Below are positions 50,801 through 64,000 of a DNA stretch of 64,000 nucleotides, piece by piece. Source of the DNA: Mobula hypostoma. Taxonomy: Eukaryota. Position numbers and translations under genes: made by a program. Location of the stretch: positions 214,274,001 to 214,338,000 of the forward strand of contig NC_086097.1 of NCBI RefSeq assembly GCF_963921235.1, written 5' to 3'. The notes under the pieces are model-generated. The model saw nothing but the letters and a program-made list of their open reading frames with translations. It was not told the DNA's origin and made no database searches. Within the stretch, counting starts at the first letter, position 1. Each line of letters opens with the position of its first letter.

Positions 50801-52384
50801 TGACCCCAGAGTCCATAGGGCCGGGAACAGAGGCTGCTACTGTCACACTCCTCCTGACACTGGATGGTCTTAGCAGTTTCCCGACGACTGCAGCTTCAGA
50901 TATTTGGCCTGCAGGTGCCCTGCTTCCCCACAGTAGTAGCAGCAAACTGAACTCCGATGCTGGAACCTCTTATCGGCAGAGATTCTTATGCAGCCGATTC
51001 GCAAGGGCTCAACAGGATTCTGAGCAGAAGACGGGTTGGCCTTTGTCCAAAGTCGGGAAGTGGAACTGCAATGCGTTGAGACTGGGCTCAGGGTAGCCCG
51101 TTTCGACTTCTTGAGGTAGTCCCATTTTTGCTCAGGCAGGCGATTATCGAGGCAGATGGACTGGTCAATCAGTGCATCTAAATCCTGTACCGGCTCTTCC
51201 AAGGCAAGGGCATCCTTTATTTTGTCTCCGTGTCTGTGGCAGCATAGAGTGGTTGAGGCTTCCCTGTTCCAGCTGCTCTCTTGGGCCAAAGTATGAAACT
51301 CAGTTGTTGGCCACTGACTGAGTGCCCTAACACACAGACAGTCTGCGGCTTGGTTCCTCCTCACAGTGGTCATGAGTTCCCCCGAATCCAGGCAAATCTC
51401 TGGCCTTTGCTCCCAATGTGTGGTGGTCCAGGCCAGGGCCCTCCCAGTCAGGAGAGAAGTCATAAAGGCCATCTTTCCACACCCCTGGGGAACTGGGTGG
51501 GTGGAGTTCGAACACCAATAACCATTGGATAAGGAAGAACCGGGGTCACTGCCGAATCTCTCTGGGGCCTGAAGATAGTCTGGCTCCGGAGTGTGACCAA
51601 GAGACTCACCCAAAGGACTCTGGCTTCCTCCTTGCAATATTAGGCACACAGCGACCTGGAGGTTGTGTATCTCCAGGCTCCGTCTTGAAATTCTCTTGTT
51701 GTGGCTGGCCTCAGTGGACGAGAGGCTCAGATATCCCACTGAGTCCATGTCGGGCTCAATCATACTGTGATTAGGGACCGAAGTGTGAATGGTTACGATT
51801 CGCCTGCTGGAATATCTGAGACTAGACTCAGACACAAATTGAGACTAAATGAAGACAGGGTACAAAACTAGATGCTAGACAAGAATCCAAAGTGGAGCTG
51901 ATGGTTGAGCGCTGAACCTCATTTCAGATACTGTTAAATATTGAAATCCTGGCGCCAAAACATGGCCGCCAATTAGCAGGGTGGACATGGATCTTTAAAG
52001 GGGTGGTGCCAGCTATCTATTCCAGAGAGTCAGAGTGTCTAAACCCCAGAAGCTGGCACTGTTGGGTTAGTTTTGTAACAGGGGTGCTGTAGTTGAGACT
52101 GTTGATGTCTGATCCGCAATTAGAAATCGTCTTTCTGAAAAGAATGTTCAGGGGGTTGTGAATGTTCACTATTCTTGCACAAATATTATTAAAGTAACAA
52201 ATGAAGTAAATTTTGTCCCGCAGTAATTCTGCATATTTGCACTGTTTAATAATATATAATTAGTAATCTTAAGGAAATGTAAAATGCCCTATGCATCTTT
52301 TTAGGCAATAACTTGTTTTTGGATTGAACTGATAATTCTAGCTATTCTCATATATCAGAGGTGATCCAAATGGTTCTTTGAAAA

Positions 52385-52790
52385 ACAGAATGAAAATCTA
52401 AAATATGTGGAGTTGCTGGAAATCTGAAATAAAAAGAGGTCAGACAGCATCTGTGGAAAAGGAAACCAATTTAACTTTTCAGAACAGAAATATTTCAGTT
52501 AGATTGGGGCTCATAGGCACCAAAGCCAAGGCTTCTACTGAAGACTGATTGTTTGGGACCAGAGATGGGAAATCCAGCAGAGTTGACAAAAACAGAGCTG
52601 TGGCTGGAACAGAGAATAATATGGATTTAGATCAGACTGTGACATTTTGTCTCTCTTCCCAATTTCCTTTGCTATGAAAAGCAACTTCTGTTCTTTTTCC
52701 CAGTTGTGATGAAGGGTCTTGAACCTTAAATCCTTCCACAGGTGCTGCCAGGCCTGCTGAATGTTTCTAGTTTCTTTGTTTCTCCTCTAA
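52385..52790. mobile_element. Diverged Penelope pLTR ends in inverted orientation
   Basis: tgctggaaatctgaa..cagcatctgtggaa on the left; tgatgaagggtc..ttccacaggtgctgccaggcctgctga on the right. Confidence 0.55.
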
Positions 52791-53399
52791 ACAAAATACT
52801 TTAAATTAAATAATCGTAACACTGTGTGGTCAAAAAGGCAAATACACTGGGCTCATGCTATTCATTAAGCATCTTCATAAAAATATTCCAAGCTTTATCT
52901 ACCTTGCAGTATAGTTCAGTGCCTTTCACTCAGATTTTGGAATTAGTGTCAATGACATAATTCTTATTCCCGTAATGTTCAGCAGATAAAACGCAATCAT
53001 CTAACTGTACTTAAACTGGGTGTTTTGACTGGCACTAAGCAATTAGCATTCCCTTCACCTTGTGCATTGCCAGATGCATTTTCTATCTGGAGAAGCTGTT
53101 GATCGCACTTAAGTAGCAAAGCTTTGTACAGTTCTCAGAAAATACACATAGAATTTGCATAATACATTTTGATGCTGATATGATTGCATTGGGAACTGAT
53201 GCTGTAAAATTATGCAGTGTGAAATATAGTGTACTGAAGCTTCATACATTCATACATACAGCTTGAATTGACAAAGGATTTTATATCAACATGTTAATCT
53301 GAGTATTGATGAATGGTAACCTCTATTCTCATGTCTGTTTTTTGTAACATACTTCTTAAGACAACTAGTAAATTCAACACAGAAATTACAAGACTTAAG

Positions 53400-54255
53400 T
53401 AGATTCAAGATTCAGGATTCATTTGTTATCAAAGAACATATAAATTGTACAACATTGAGATTTTCTTGCTCACAGGTAGCCACAAAGCAAGAAAACCCAA
53501 AAGAACCCAATTCAAGAAAAAAATAAAAATAAAAGACCAACCCTCGATGCGCAGGAGAAAGAAAAAATCATGCAAACTATTGAACGAACAACAGCATTCC
53601 AAACCACAGATCCAAACCCTGGAGCATCCTGGAGTTGACCCAAAGCCTTTCTTATCAGTTCATCATATTAATGGACACGGAGCACAGCAGCTGGGGCAGT
53701 CTTCATAGCCTCAGAGTCATGGAGATGACCATTGCGGAGAACGAGTGAAATTGGCTCTTGCCTCTGGTCCTGACACTCTGGCTTTTCGGTCTATAAGGGC
53801 TGGCATGTAAATTGATCAAACAATGGAACGGTGAAAGGCTCTGGCACCCTGAAGAGAGGAGTGAAAATCATGGAGACAGAGCGAAATCAGCTCTCGCCTC
53901 CGATCAGGGCCGGCATTTAAATCTCACACGAGGACTCAGGCATTGCTGCTACAAAAGGCTCCAGGCCTAGACCATGCTGCCCAGCGATTTGCTCCAGGCC
54001 CAGATTTTGTCACCCAGCTCAAAGCCGCTCTCAAGCTCTTCAAATCAGGTCGGCTCCCAGAGGAATCCAGCCTCGCACCTGGGCCAGTTGAACGAGCATT
54101 GGAATTTCTTTGCTCGGGCCAAGACTTCTCCTTTCGATGCCTTGAGTGATATAACTTCACACCTGGCCAGTTGAATGAGCATCAGAACTCCAACTGTAAA
54201 GACTCTGCAACACACCATCTCAGCTGATCACCTGAACTCGCCTCGCCATCACTCG
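53400..54255 (-). mobile_element. Non-autonomous Rex1-type element
   Basis: (TTGAATC)-type tail at 53400, gatggcg head near 54250, internal duplications 53737/53873 and 54076/54161. Confidence 0.45.
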
Positions 54256-56164
54256 CCACTTCACTGTTTGTGGTGTTAATTTCACACACACAATTTCCTC
54301 AGAAGTATTTTTAGTGATTTTTTTTTTGTCAGGTTTCTTAGCTTTTTGACTACCAGAAGCTGTCACACATGTTTGGTAGCACCATCTTAACTGGAAGCCA
54401 TCATGTTTCACAAGTATTACATGTTTTTTAAATAAGTTATTTGCATAAATGCAATTCCCTCTGCAGATTTTTATGTATTAGTCTGTTTATAAATCCTGAT
54501 TGTTAACCAATCTCTTCTCACATAGAGATGTGTTGCTCTATTCACATTATCGAGTATGAGTTTGAAATAAGACGAACGATTAATTACACTTGGCGGTTTC
54601 TTATTGGGTCCAGATATTTAATCACATAAATTTCTGAAGGAATTGCAAACCAGCTGGCCAAAAGAGTGATGAAACCACTGTCATTTTTTCATGTGATAGG
54701 AAACTGTTCAGCAGGATACTCCTGACTAAACGAAAGAAGAAATCTCTTTTTATGGTCATACCACTGCTTTTCATAACGTCAGAGGAGGAAAAGGGAAATG
54801 TACCCAAGGAGAAGTACCACTGAAGGAGATTACAATGGATATGCTGCTGAACCACCTATTGGATGTAATAGTTGCAAATAATATTCTGTATTTTTGAGGA
54901 TCTGACTGCGCGTTATCACTGCTTCATAGAGGATGCAATTGGATGATTGTGTGACTATCTCAGATGATTTTATCCTCTATCCACATACAGCCAAAATCTT
55001 ATGATAGAATTAAAGGTGACAAAAGTCTTTGCCTTCTATAAATCCAAATCCTTATATAAAATTCAATCTAATCCTTTTATGGATTTGCTGGCTTCCCCAG
55101 GGTGTGCAAGACAACGGACAAAAAATATATCGAACTAAATAAAGAAGGACTGGCATTATAAAGTGATATCAGAAAAGATTTCAGAGCCAGTGAGGCATTT
55201 TGTGAACAGTATGGAACACGCTATTGCATTGAAAAGCCCTGTATTAAAATTGAAAATGAATAACATGATGGGAAATTCCTGGACCCATTATACTTACATC
55301 AGCATGACTAAACAAAAAGTGCACTGACTTCACTAAATCTGGCATTTCAGAACTAAGCTTCATATCCAGAGAAATTCATAGACTTGGAATTGGTTATGGT
55401 CTTCCACAGGGACACAACTTGAATGGTTGTCCCAGGAGCAAGGAAACCTCAAGTCGCAACTCAGTCAGATGGATGTTACCACCATTCCCACTTCCCACTT
55501 CCCACACTGCTTGCCAAGATCAATGAAATCAGTTGAGAAAAAATTTGGGCTCTTTAGCAGACCAAAACTGGCATTTTGTCTGAGCGGAAAAGTGTGGTCT
55601 AATCATGCGTGCATGTATAGGGAGAAATTTTAACTCGGAGCTAGGAAAATGCCGCTATTGAGAGGGTCCAGGTGGAAGAATGGCCACACCAACCTTCCCC
55701 ATGCACAATCCAGGGGCAAAGGCCTTGTCCAAATTCAGTGAAATCCAGTATCCAACTCTTAATTTAGCCCTCTTTCAAGGTTTAATTATGACTCATTACA
55801 GCTGACATATTTTGAGCCTTGTTTTAAGCATTTTTTCTTCCAGTGACATTAACGTAACCATCTTTATGTACTAGTTTTGGTTTAATAGCGGAAGTGTTAT
55901 TCTATGTCTACAAGATGTGGTTCAAGACAACTCCAGATATAATTCAGGATTATGCTTTTTTATCCTTGATGATTATGATTTTTTAAAATGCCAGAACCTT
56001 ATCCAAATCCTTTGACCCTTATCCTGTCCAACATTGTTCTTCAACAAAATAAATGGAAAAAAATGACTTTGGTCTTTCACTCACTGCAATTTTTCAAACT
56101 AGTGGGTAAAGTGGTAGCCATATTTCCCACATCATGCTGATGTCCTTTATTAAAATGCCCATTA

Positions 56165-56455
56165 TAAAGAATTTTCCCCAAGCAGTAAATCTGATCAATA
56201 ACTCCACCCCAGCACAGCACATCCCCCACCTCCACTACTTTTATCATTTCCTGTCAGAGTCATCTTATATGCAGACATTCCTGGACCTAGCATCACTTGA
56301 TGAATGCAATCAAATCTATGTGTATTGTGTTCTTTATCCTACTGTGCTTTTTTGTGCTGAATTGGATCCAGAGTAACAATTATTTTGTTCACCTTTACAC
56401 CTGTGTACTGGAAATGACATTAAGCGATCTTGGATTTTGAATCTTGATTCTTGAA
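56165..56455 (+). mobile_element. Rex1-type 3' UTR
   Basis: NFPQAVNLIN end of RT and cttgaat-type tail. Confidence 0.6.
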
Positions 56456-57354
56456 TAAAGTGCAATAGGACGTACTGAGATTATACCATTATGTAATTTA
56501 AGAAAATTAAGATGAATCATGTGCAATCATGGTAATTTGATAAAAGCTTAACTTTGTCATCATTTTCCTTCAGCAGATGTCTAACATTTATACAGAAGCA
56601 GAATAGACAGACATTTCAACATGTCTAGCCAATGTGGAAAAAATAGTTGAAATCTATTATCAAAATGCCTTTGGAACAATCAAATTGTAGAAACAGTTTG
56701 TCCTGGAAGTTAGAAATTTGGACACAATTTGAAACCATGAAGTACAAGCATTGCTGATGCAATATCATTCCAGGATGGTATGAGACCTGTTGTCCTGGGC
56801 ATTCACGTGTGCACAGCCAACACCTGCAGGAGGTATGCATCACAGGAAGCTTGTGATATCAACATAAGAAAACAGGAGCAGACAAAGGTCATTCAGCCCC
56901 TTACGGTGTGACAGTGACTGATCTGCCCAAGCCTCATCTCTTCTATGCCAGTTGTCCATAGCTGACAGTTCCGTGAAATTTCTAAAATATATCTATTTCC
57001 TCTTTAAAGACTCCCATGATCCATCCTCCACAAACCTCTGGTTGAAGAATTCCAGAGGTTTACTACCTGTGAGAATAAGTTCTGAAACATTTCGGATTCA
57101 AATAATAGTTCTTAATCTTATAACTATGCCTCTTCATTTGAATTTCTCCCCCTATCGGAAACATCTCACCAGTTACCCTATTTTTGTCTAGGATCTTTCA
57201 TGTTTTAGTAAAACCACCTCCCAAACTTCAAATGACCAATGAATATAGATCTATTTTCTTTCTGTGCAGTCATCAATGGACGTGCAACCATTTTTGAGCT
57301 CGCTGCTTAAACTGATGCCTTTCCATTACACTTATACATCTGAACCAGCATTCA

Positions 57355-57915
57355 GCTCAGAACCAGAATCAGGTTTAATATCACCGGCATATGTCATGAA
57401 ATTTATTGTCTTTACAGCAGCAGTACAATGCAATACATAATAATAGAGAAAACATTGTGAATTACAGTAAGTATATATATTTATATATAAAATAGTTAAA
57501 TAAGTAGTGCAAAAATAGAAATAAAACAAATAGTGAGGTGGTGTTCATGGGTTCAATGTCCATTCAGAAATCAGGTGGGAAAGGGGAAGAAGCTGTTCCT
57601 GAGTTTGTAGAGTTTGTGCATTCGTGCTCCTCTACCTCCTTCCTGATGGTAGCAATGAGAACAAGACATTTGCACTGTACTGTTGCAACTGCTGTAAAGA
57701 TCCTCTTGCGCTTCCAGTACCAGTAAAGTGGTTCATTTACTACTCACAGTTTAGATGCTGATCAGAATCAGATTTTATATCATTGACTTATATGATGTGA
57801 ACTTTGTTGTCTTGCAACTACAGTACAGTGCAAATATATAAGATTACAACAAATTACAAAAATAGTGAAAAAGAAAGAAATATCAAGGTTGTGTTCATGG
57901 ACTGTTCAGAAATTG
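57355..57915 (-). mobile_element. Two Rex1-type 3' UTR fragments
   Basis: cagaatcag..tttaatatca..catgaaattt start shared with 12045; ctcttcctgatggtagc RT end. Confidence 0.65.
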
Positions 57916-58159
57916 TACAACTGCTTGGAATTATTTAATATTGCTTAAGTCGTCATGTTAGCATTATTTTGCAATTTACCAGCTACTATATAAATGATAC
58001 CATTCAGGTTATTTGGCTTCATTTCACTCTTCCTCGCAGCAAGCAGGGGAGCACACCTTTTTTACGCCTCCTGCTTGTTCTTTTTGTTTTGTTTTGTTTG
58101 TGCTGTGGAAACTGTTGGAGCCCGTGACGTTCAGTTTGAAACTTGATTGAAGGATCCAG

Positions 58160-58466
58160 CACTCTGCCTCCTGCTGGGACCTCTCCTCCTTCCCTTTCTC
58201 CTGTTGTCTACTCTTCCCTCCAATCAGATTCTTTCTTTTCCAGCCCTTTATTTTTCCAACCCACTTGGCTTCACCTATCACCTCCTAGCTATCCTCCTCC
58301 CCTTCTGGTGTCATTCCCCCTTCATTTTCAGACTTGAAGTCGGGCCTCGCACTGAAACATTGACTGTTTGTTCATTTCCATAGATGCTGTCTGGCCTGCT
58401 GAGTTCCTCTGGCATCTTGTGTACGTTGCTTTGCATGTCCTGCACCTACAGACTTTCTCGTGCTTG
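58160..58466 (+). mobile_element. Penelope pseudo-LTR
   Basis: Homologous to 22130-22392; hammerhead core decayed. Confidence 0.75.
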
Positions 58467-58756
58467 TGATCAGAGAAGACCTTAATCCACACTGACAAAA
58501 TGGAAAAAGTGCTGATGCCAGAGAAGGTAGTGGGCTTGGGTTTTCGAGTTCATAGGGTGCATTGCATTCACACCGCCCGGTTTGGTGAAGGCCTCCCCAC
58601 AATGTGATGTACAGATGCTCTGACTTTACGATGTTGGGTTCAGGGATTGCAGACCATCGTGTCAGACTACGCTACGCATATTAGAAACACACGGTGTTCT
58701 TGCCGCTGAGTTCACAGGCACACCAGAGTCCAGAGGATTTGAGCACAGGGATTCAT

Positions 58757-59846
58757 ATATAACCATATAACAATTACAGCACGGAAACGGCCATCTCGGC
58801 CCTTCTAGTCCGTGCCGAACTCTTACTCTCACCTAGTCCCACCGACCTGCACTCAGCCCATAACCCTCCATTCCTTTCCTGTCCATATAGCTGTCCAATT
58901 TAACTTTAAATGACAACATCGAACCTGCCTCAACCACTTCTACTGGAAGCTCGTTCCACACAGCCACCACTCTCTGAGTAAAGAAGTTCTCCCTCATGTT
59001 ACCCTGAAACTTTTGCCCTTTAACTCTCAACTCATGTCCTCTTGTTTGAATCTCCCCCACGTTCAATGGAAAAAGCCTATCCACGTCAACTCTATCTATC
59101 CCCCTCATAATTTTAAACACCTCTATCAAGTCCCCCCTCAACCTTCTACGCTCCAAAGAATAAAGACCCAACTTGTTCAACCTTTCTCTGTAACTTAGGT
59201 GATGAAACCCAGATAACATTCTAGTAAATCTTCTCTGTGCTCTCTCTATTTTGTTGACATCTTTCCTATAATTCGGTGACCAGAACTGTACACAATGCTC
59301 CAAATTTGGCCTTACCAATGCCTTATACAATTTCAACATTACATCCCAACTCCTATACTCAATGCTCTGATTAATAAAGCCCAGCATACCAAAAGCTTTC
59401 TTCACCACCCTATCCACATGAGATTCCACCTTCAGGGAACTATGCACCATTATTCCTAGATCCCTCTATTCTACTGCATTCTTCAATGCCCTACCATTTA
59501 CCATGTATGTCCTATTTTGATTAGTCCTACCAAAATGTAGCACCTCATATTTTTCAGCATTAAACTCCATCTGCCATCTTTCAGCCCACTCTTCTCACTG
59601 GGCTAACACTCTGCAAGCTTTGAAAACCTACTTCATTATCCACAACTCCACCTATCTTAGTATCATCTGCATACTTACCAATCCAATTTACCACCCCATC
59701 ATCCAGATCATTAATGTATATGACAAACAACATTGGACCCAGAAAAGATCCCTGAGGCACACTGCTACACACCGGCCTCCAATCTGACAAACAGTTATCC
59801 ACCACTACTCTTTGGCGTCTCCCATCCAGCCACTGCTGAATCCATT
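58757..59846 (-). mobile_element. 5'-truncated CR1 (RT C-terminal half)
   Basis: VPQGSFLGP, KYADDTKIGG, ORF 58833-59450, 3' UTR and (TTATATGG) tail. Confidence 0.97.
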
Positions 59847-62517
59847 TTAAAATTAAGTCGCTAAGAACAAAAGAAGAGCCAACGTCCACGGCAATGACAG
59901 GTGTTCCTGACCAGTTGCAAGCTGGGATTCGTGCAGCAGTGATTCGGATGAGGCTTGTTCCTTGCTTGCAAGATGCCAGCCAATGGCTGGGACTTGACAT
60001 TTGGGGACCTGTTAAAGGAAAGACTTGCAAGAGGTCAGATGTTTGCAAGGGTTGTAGGCCTGGAGATATTCTGCGAGGATTAAATCAATGCAATAATTTG
60101 AACTAAGATCGTACATTTTAAAACCGAATGCCTACTTAACGGCGAGGCAATGTAAGTCAGATTCGGTATTGAGTGCATTGTTGAAAAGGAAGTCTTGTGT
60201 GACCCTGAGATATGGTAGGGTGGAAAATGGAGGAACACCAAAGCTGGAATGGTCGTGACTAGAATAAAGTGACAAAAACAATACCTTGTTAAAAGTAGTG
60301 AACGCAGGAAATGATGCTGTGTGTTAACTTTTTTTTTAACCTTGATAAGTAGAACTATCCCACTACCCATCACCTCCCAATCTCACTTTCAAAAGTAAAA
60401 GTAAACTTTACCTCTTGTTAATATAGTTTCCAACAAAATTAAAATCATTTAACAATGGGGCTGTGCTGGAGTCATCAATGTTTAATTATCGGTTATTGCT
60501 CAGAGCCGGTAGTTCCTGGTCTGTAATATGATTTCAAAACCAGGAGGGAGCTCTGCTCTCTGAAGAGGTGACCAGAAAACCCTGACTCCAATAAACAACA
60601 TACCTGCCAAGCACATTTTCAAATCTCTAAGTGCCTCTGAACAATAAGCTGGATGGAAGGGATTGTTTTCCATAATCAGTGCTCAAATAGCTGTCTTAAA
60701 TTTATTTTCAGTGCAATAAACTGCACAGGGATTTACTGTTTAATTTCATACACAATGAACTAGCATCCTTTGTTGTTTGGGGCTTAGCTAATCAAATTCA
60801 GACAGACTACATGGAAGAAAATCTAACATTGTTCTGTAAATATGTAGGACATATTTGTTCACCAGGAGAAGATCAAATACGGTCACTGGATTATTTGCTA
60901 TCCTTTCTGAAGAAGTGATCATAGCTAGAAGCTGTTTACCTGTAAAACCAAACTTTATTTTGAAATGAAAAATAAACAATCTGTGATTATTTTTTTCTCA
61001 GAAAAGCCTTAAAATTAGCTCCATTAAGGTGCTTGGTTTCAAATTGAAATAGATTCCCAAAAGGTTCTCAGTAACTGCAGAGACAAAGCATAGTCCACAT
61101 CCTCTCCCAGGACAATCTCTGCAGTTCTGAGGCCCTGGGTACACGCAATCTGGTTGGGTAGTCAGGCACGTCATTCATATGCTGGATTCCAGACTCTCAA
61201 CACAATCTGAGCTCTGTCATGGCTAGAGCTTAGCAGTGTACAGAGGTAAAGAGTCAAAGATGTGCTCTTACTCCCACTAACTCTTGGGAATCTCTGATCC
61301 ATGGTGTCAGGATGTACACTGGCAATAGTGGAACTCAAGTACAGAGGAAAGACAGACTTCGATGTAGATATGGTGATGAGAGTTTATTCATAACATTTCC
61401 AAAAGAACATTCTCAAAACTAGGACCCTGCAATTAGCACTAATCAGGCATTCACTTAAATAATACAAGTAACATGAAATCATAGTCATAGTCAAAAACAT
61501 ACTTTATTGATCCCGGGGGAAATTGGTTTTCATTACAGTTGCACCATAAATAATAAATAGTAATAAAACGATAAATAGTTAAATAGTAATATGTAAATTA
61601 TGCCAGGAGCCAATCAAAATAAACTTAACAAGCTTGAGCAAAAGGCACCAGGAGACCATATTACAAAGACTGAATCGCTTGGGAAAAAGACAAGGAATAT
61701 TAAATGGTTAAGAACTGTCATTGGACAACAATTAGCCAATTCTGGTGCTCTAAAAATATCAGAGCCCAATGCTCTCTGGTGCCCCACATGGGCCTGAAGA
61801 ACTCATTACATTGACTATTCTGGATTGTGTTGAAAACCTTCAGTTTAGTGATTAAGGAGCCACAGAGGTCCTGTGTGGATGGCAGAAGGAACATTGTACT
61901 ATCCACCCACCTGTCCCATCAATGGAAGGGTCTGCAATTCCCACACTGACCTCATTTATGCAAAGACAGAAATTCTACAAATTATAAATAAATAGTGCAG
62001 AAAAAGGAATATTGAAGCAATGTACACTGGTTCATGGACCACCCAGAAATTTGATGCTGGAGGAGGGAAAGTTGTTCCTAAACTGTTGACTGTGGGCCTT
62101 CAGGCTTCTTTGACTCCTCCTCAATGGTAGTAATGGAAAGAGGGCATGTCCCAGTTGGTGGGAGTTCTGAAGGAGAAATTAAATTAGCTGTTTTTTGGAA
62201 GGGCCTATATGCACATCCATTGTGTGTGTTGAAAGTGTAATGTGCAAGATATAAGCTGCAATTATTGATATATTTTTCAGTTTTTTAAGGGAGGCCATAC
62301 CCCTGTTTCCACCAGACTCTTGTATAATCTTTTAAAAGTTTTCCCTTTTCTTCTTTCCTACTCTCTACTTTTCTATGTATTTGTACTTCTTTACAATTTG
62401 ACATATCCCTTTTTTATGGTTTTGATGACAGGTCTTTGACCTGAAATGTTATCTTTGTTGAGTACAAATGGGTGTTTTTTTTTTAAATTTTAGGTTTGCA
62501 TCATCAGTACTTTGCTA

Positions 62518-64000
62518 TGACCCGAGTTAAGGTCTGGAAACATCTAGTCCTATGATTTCGAGCTATACATCTGATTCATCAGTGACTGCTGTGAAAGAGC
62601 AGCTGACAACTAGGGAAAGTCCTGATGACATCCTGGAAAGACAGATGACAGATGACAGGAGGGAAAGACCCCATTGGGGTTGCCATGGGCTAGCTATCCA
62701 TGGCAGCAGACTCCTCTTGCCTCGGTAGCATATAGGGGTCAACCACTGATGGCTACAAGAACTACAAAAAAAAGATACCCCAGAGTCAGTGACAGCGGGG
62801 GTGCAAGATGACTCAAGTATGGATATTCTGGTAACAGAACATGGCATGACTTCAACCATGAGAAACATAGGCAGTATAGAACTTGAGTTAGTGACATCAG
62901 CAGGAAACACACTGCAGAGCTGCAGCTGCAGCTGATCTAAGGTAAAATCAGCTAGGGGCTTGAAGATACACCAGGGCAGGATGAAGTGCTTCAAGGAGAC
63001 AAGACTGGGCCTTGCATCGACCAGTATTTCTTGAGGGAAAGGACGAGTAAGCCAAATGAAGTTCAGCGGCAGGATGGAACCCAAAGTCCGCAGAGCATCA
63101 ATAACCCAGGCACAAGCATCAGTAACCCGGGCACAAACATCAGTAACCCGGGCACAAACGTCAGTAACCCAGGCACGAGCATCAGTAACCCGCGCGCGGT
63201 CTCAGAAGAGCCCGTCAGCACTGAAGACCACAGCTCACAGGAAAGACAAGGCCAGCCAGCAGAAAAGAAGCTGCAGGTGAAAAAGCCATGTGTGAAATGG
63301 CCAAAAACCTGCAACAAGAAAGAGTGGGCAATGGTCAACGAGGATCGATGCAGACTCCTCAGTGGTCTCAAGGGCACTGTTGAGAGGATGGACGACCTCC
63401 TATACAACTATGGAGCAGAAAGCTTTGGAGTGGGGGAAATAATTAAGATAATGCTGCTAGCATAGCACAAATCAAATCAAGAAGACAAAAGGAGATAGAG
63501 GGCCTCATTAAGGAGAGACGGCAACTGAGTAAACAGTGCAGAAAATCAACCATGGAGGAAAGAGAAGGAATCAACATCTGCAGGCAGAACCAAAGGAACG
63601 ACTGTCAACTCTAAGGAGGACAAAAAACATCAGGTTTCGAAGCAAGAAGAAAGAACACACTCCGACATGATTCTATAAGTACCCCTACAAGTTCGTGAAA
63701 AGCATTTTCACCAAACAGAAGAATTGAACTCCTGAGATGTCAAAGGAAGATCTGGAAGTATCATCTGAAGCTGACATACTCAGACAGCTTGAGAGCCGAA
63801 CATATCTCATTACTTTCAGATATGCCACACATCCACCCTCCACATCAGCAGTTTGACATCAGTCCCCGCAGATATAGTGAGATAATAAAAGTAGTAAAGT
63901 GGGCGAGGGTTGCTTCAGCGCCAGGACCAAATGGAGTTCTGTACAAACTCTACAAAAATGCACCAAGGGTCCTGAACATCTTATGGAAACAGATGAAGGA
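62518..64000 (+). mobile_element. 5' part of a HERO-like (R2-group, RLE-type) non-LTR retrotransposon, decayed; continues beyond window
   Basis: N-terminal zinc finger CSC..SARGLKIHQGRMKC, VKWPK..EW, YNYGAESFGV, FYKYPYKFVK, ASAPGPNGVLYKLYKNAP; several stops and frameshifts. Confidence 0.85.
63094..63198 (+). repeat. Minisatellite, 5 x 21 bp, in frame within the HERO ORF
   Basis: agcatcagtaacccgggcaca units encoding SINNPGT SISNPGT NISNPGT NVSNPGT SISNPRA. Confidence 0.95.

Larger units (their letters stand above)
43343..52080 (-). mobile_element. Two-LTR chromovirus-type Ty3/Gypsy element (sushi-like), decayed
   Basis: LTRs 51766-52080 and 43343-43659, PPT ggggaggggg, gag CYYCGEAGH, protease VDSGAAGNF, RT YLDD (~49385), RNase H, integrase SMDFVTGLP / VSDRGPQF, GPF and chromodomain FLVDWEG; TSD ggagt / ggggt. 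Confidence 0.95.

Noticed and set aside
50870..51835. Domesticated gag gene (PEG10/RTL-like)
   Set aside because: Sits between matching LTRs with PPT and TSD, and the gag is frameshifted relative to the expected protein
54600..54860. Possible coding exon in unique sequence
   Set aside because: No convincing splice pair and no recognisable protein in any frame
58470..60330. Mildly CpG-enriched unique flanks as a promoter
   Set aside because: Enrichment is modest, no first exon or core promoter could be supported
60496..60560. Hairpin cagagc..ttcctggt..accaggag..gctctg as pre-miRNA or SECIS
   Set aside because: Large asymmetric internal loop, no recognisable mature miRNA, no SECIS quartet geometry
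61305..61950. Possible additional solo LTR (tgtcagga start)
   Set aside because: No clear CA terminus or TSD found
63094..63198. Possible CRISPR-like array
   Set aside because: Units are contiguous with no unique spacers, lie in a retrotransposon ORF, and there are no cas genes; eukaryotic context

Overview
Eukaryotic (vertebrate) repeat-dominated DNA. The element mix (abundant CR1, Rex1/Babar-type, Penelope pLTRs, Deu-domain SINEs) suggests a cartilaginous fish, probably a ray; this is inference. No host protein-coding gene, rRNA, tRNA gene or CRISPR array can be supported, and nearly every long ORF in the track is a decayed transposon ORF or its antisense shadow. The window holds: many CR1 LINE fragments (one near-complete ORF2 at 639-3335); a full-length TSD-flanked RTE LINE (3622-6957); several short RTE-derived and tRNA-derived SINEs; Rex1/Babar-type LINE fragments; two Penelope-like elements with minimal hammerhead motifs; three Ty3/Gypsy lineages (Mag/Barthez-like, SCAN-bearing Gmr1-like, two nested chromoviruses); three related solo LTRs; a hAT transposase remnant; an ORF1-only L1; and the 5' part of a HERO/R2-group element running off the window end. 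The most interesting signals are RNA-level: a 233-bp SINE whose TSD-defined 5' end falls exactly on the cleavage site of a decayed twister ribozyme, compact folded domains at the 5' ends of other RTE-type elements, paired hammerheads in an inverted Penelope insertion, and a five-layer TSD-resolved transposon nest. Boundaries without a stated TSD are approximate (tens of bp). Family names come from motif recognition, not database searches.
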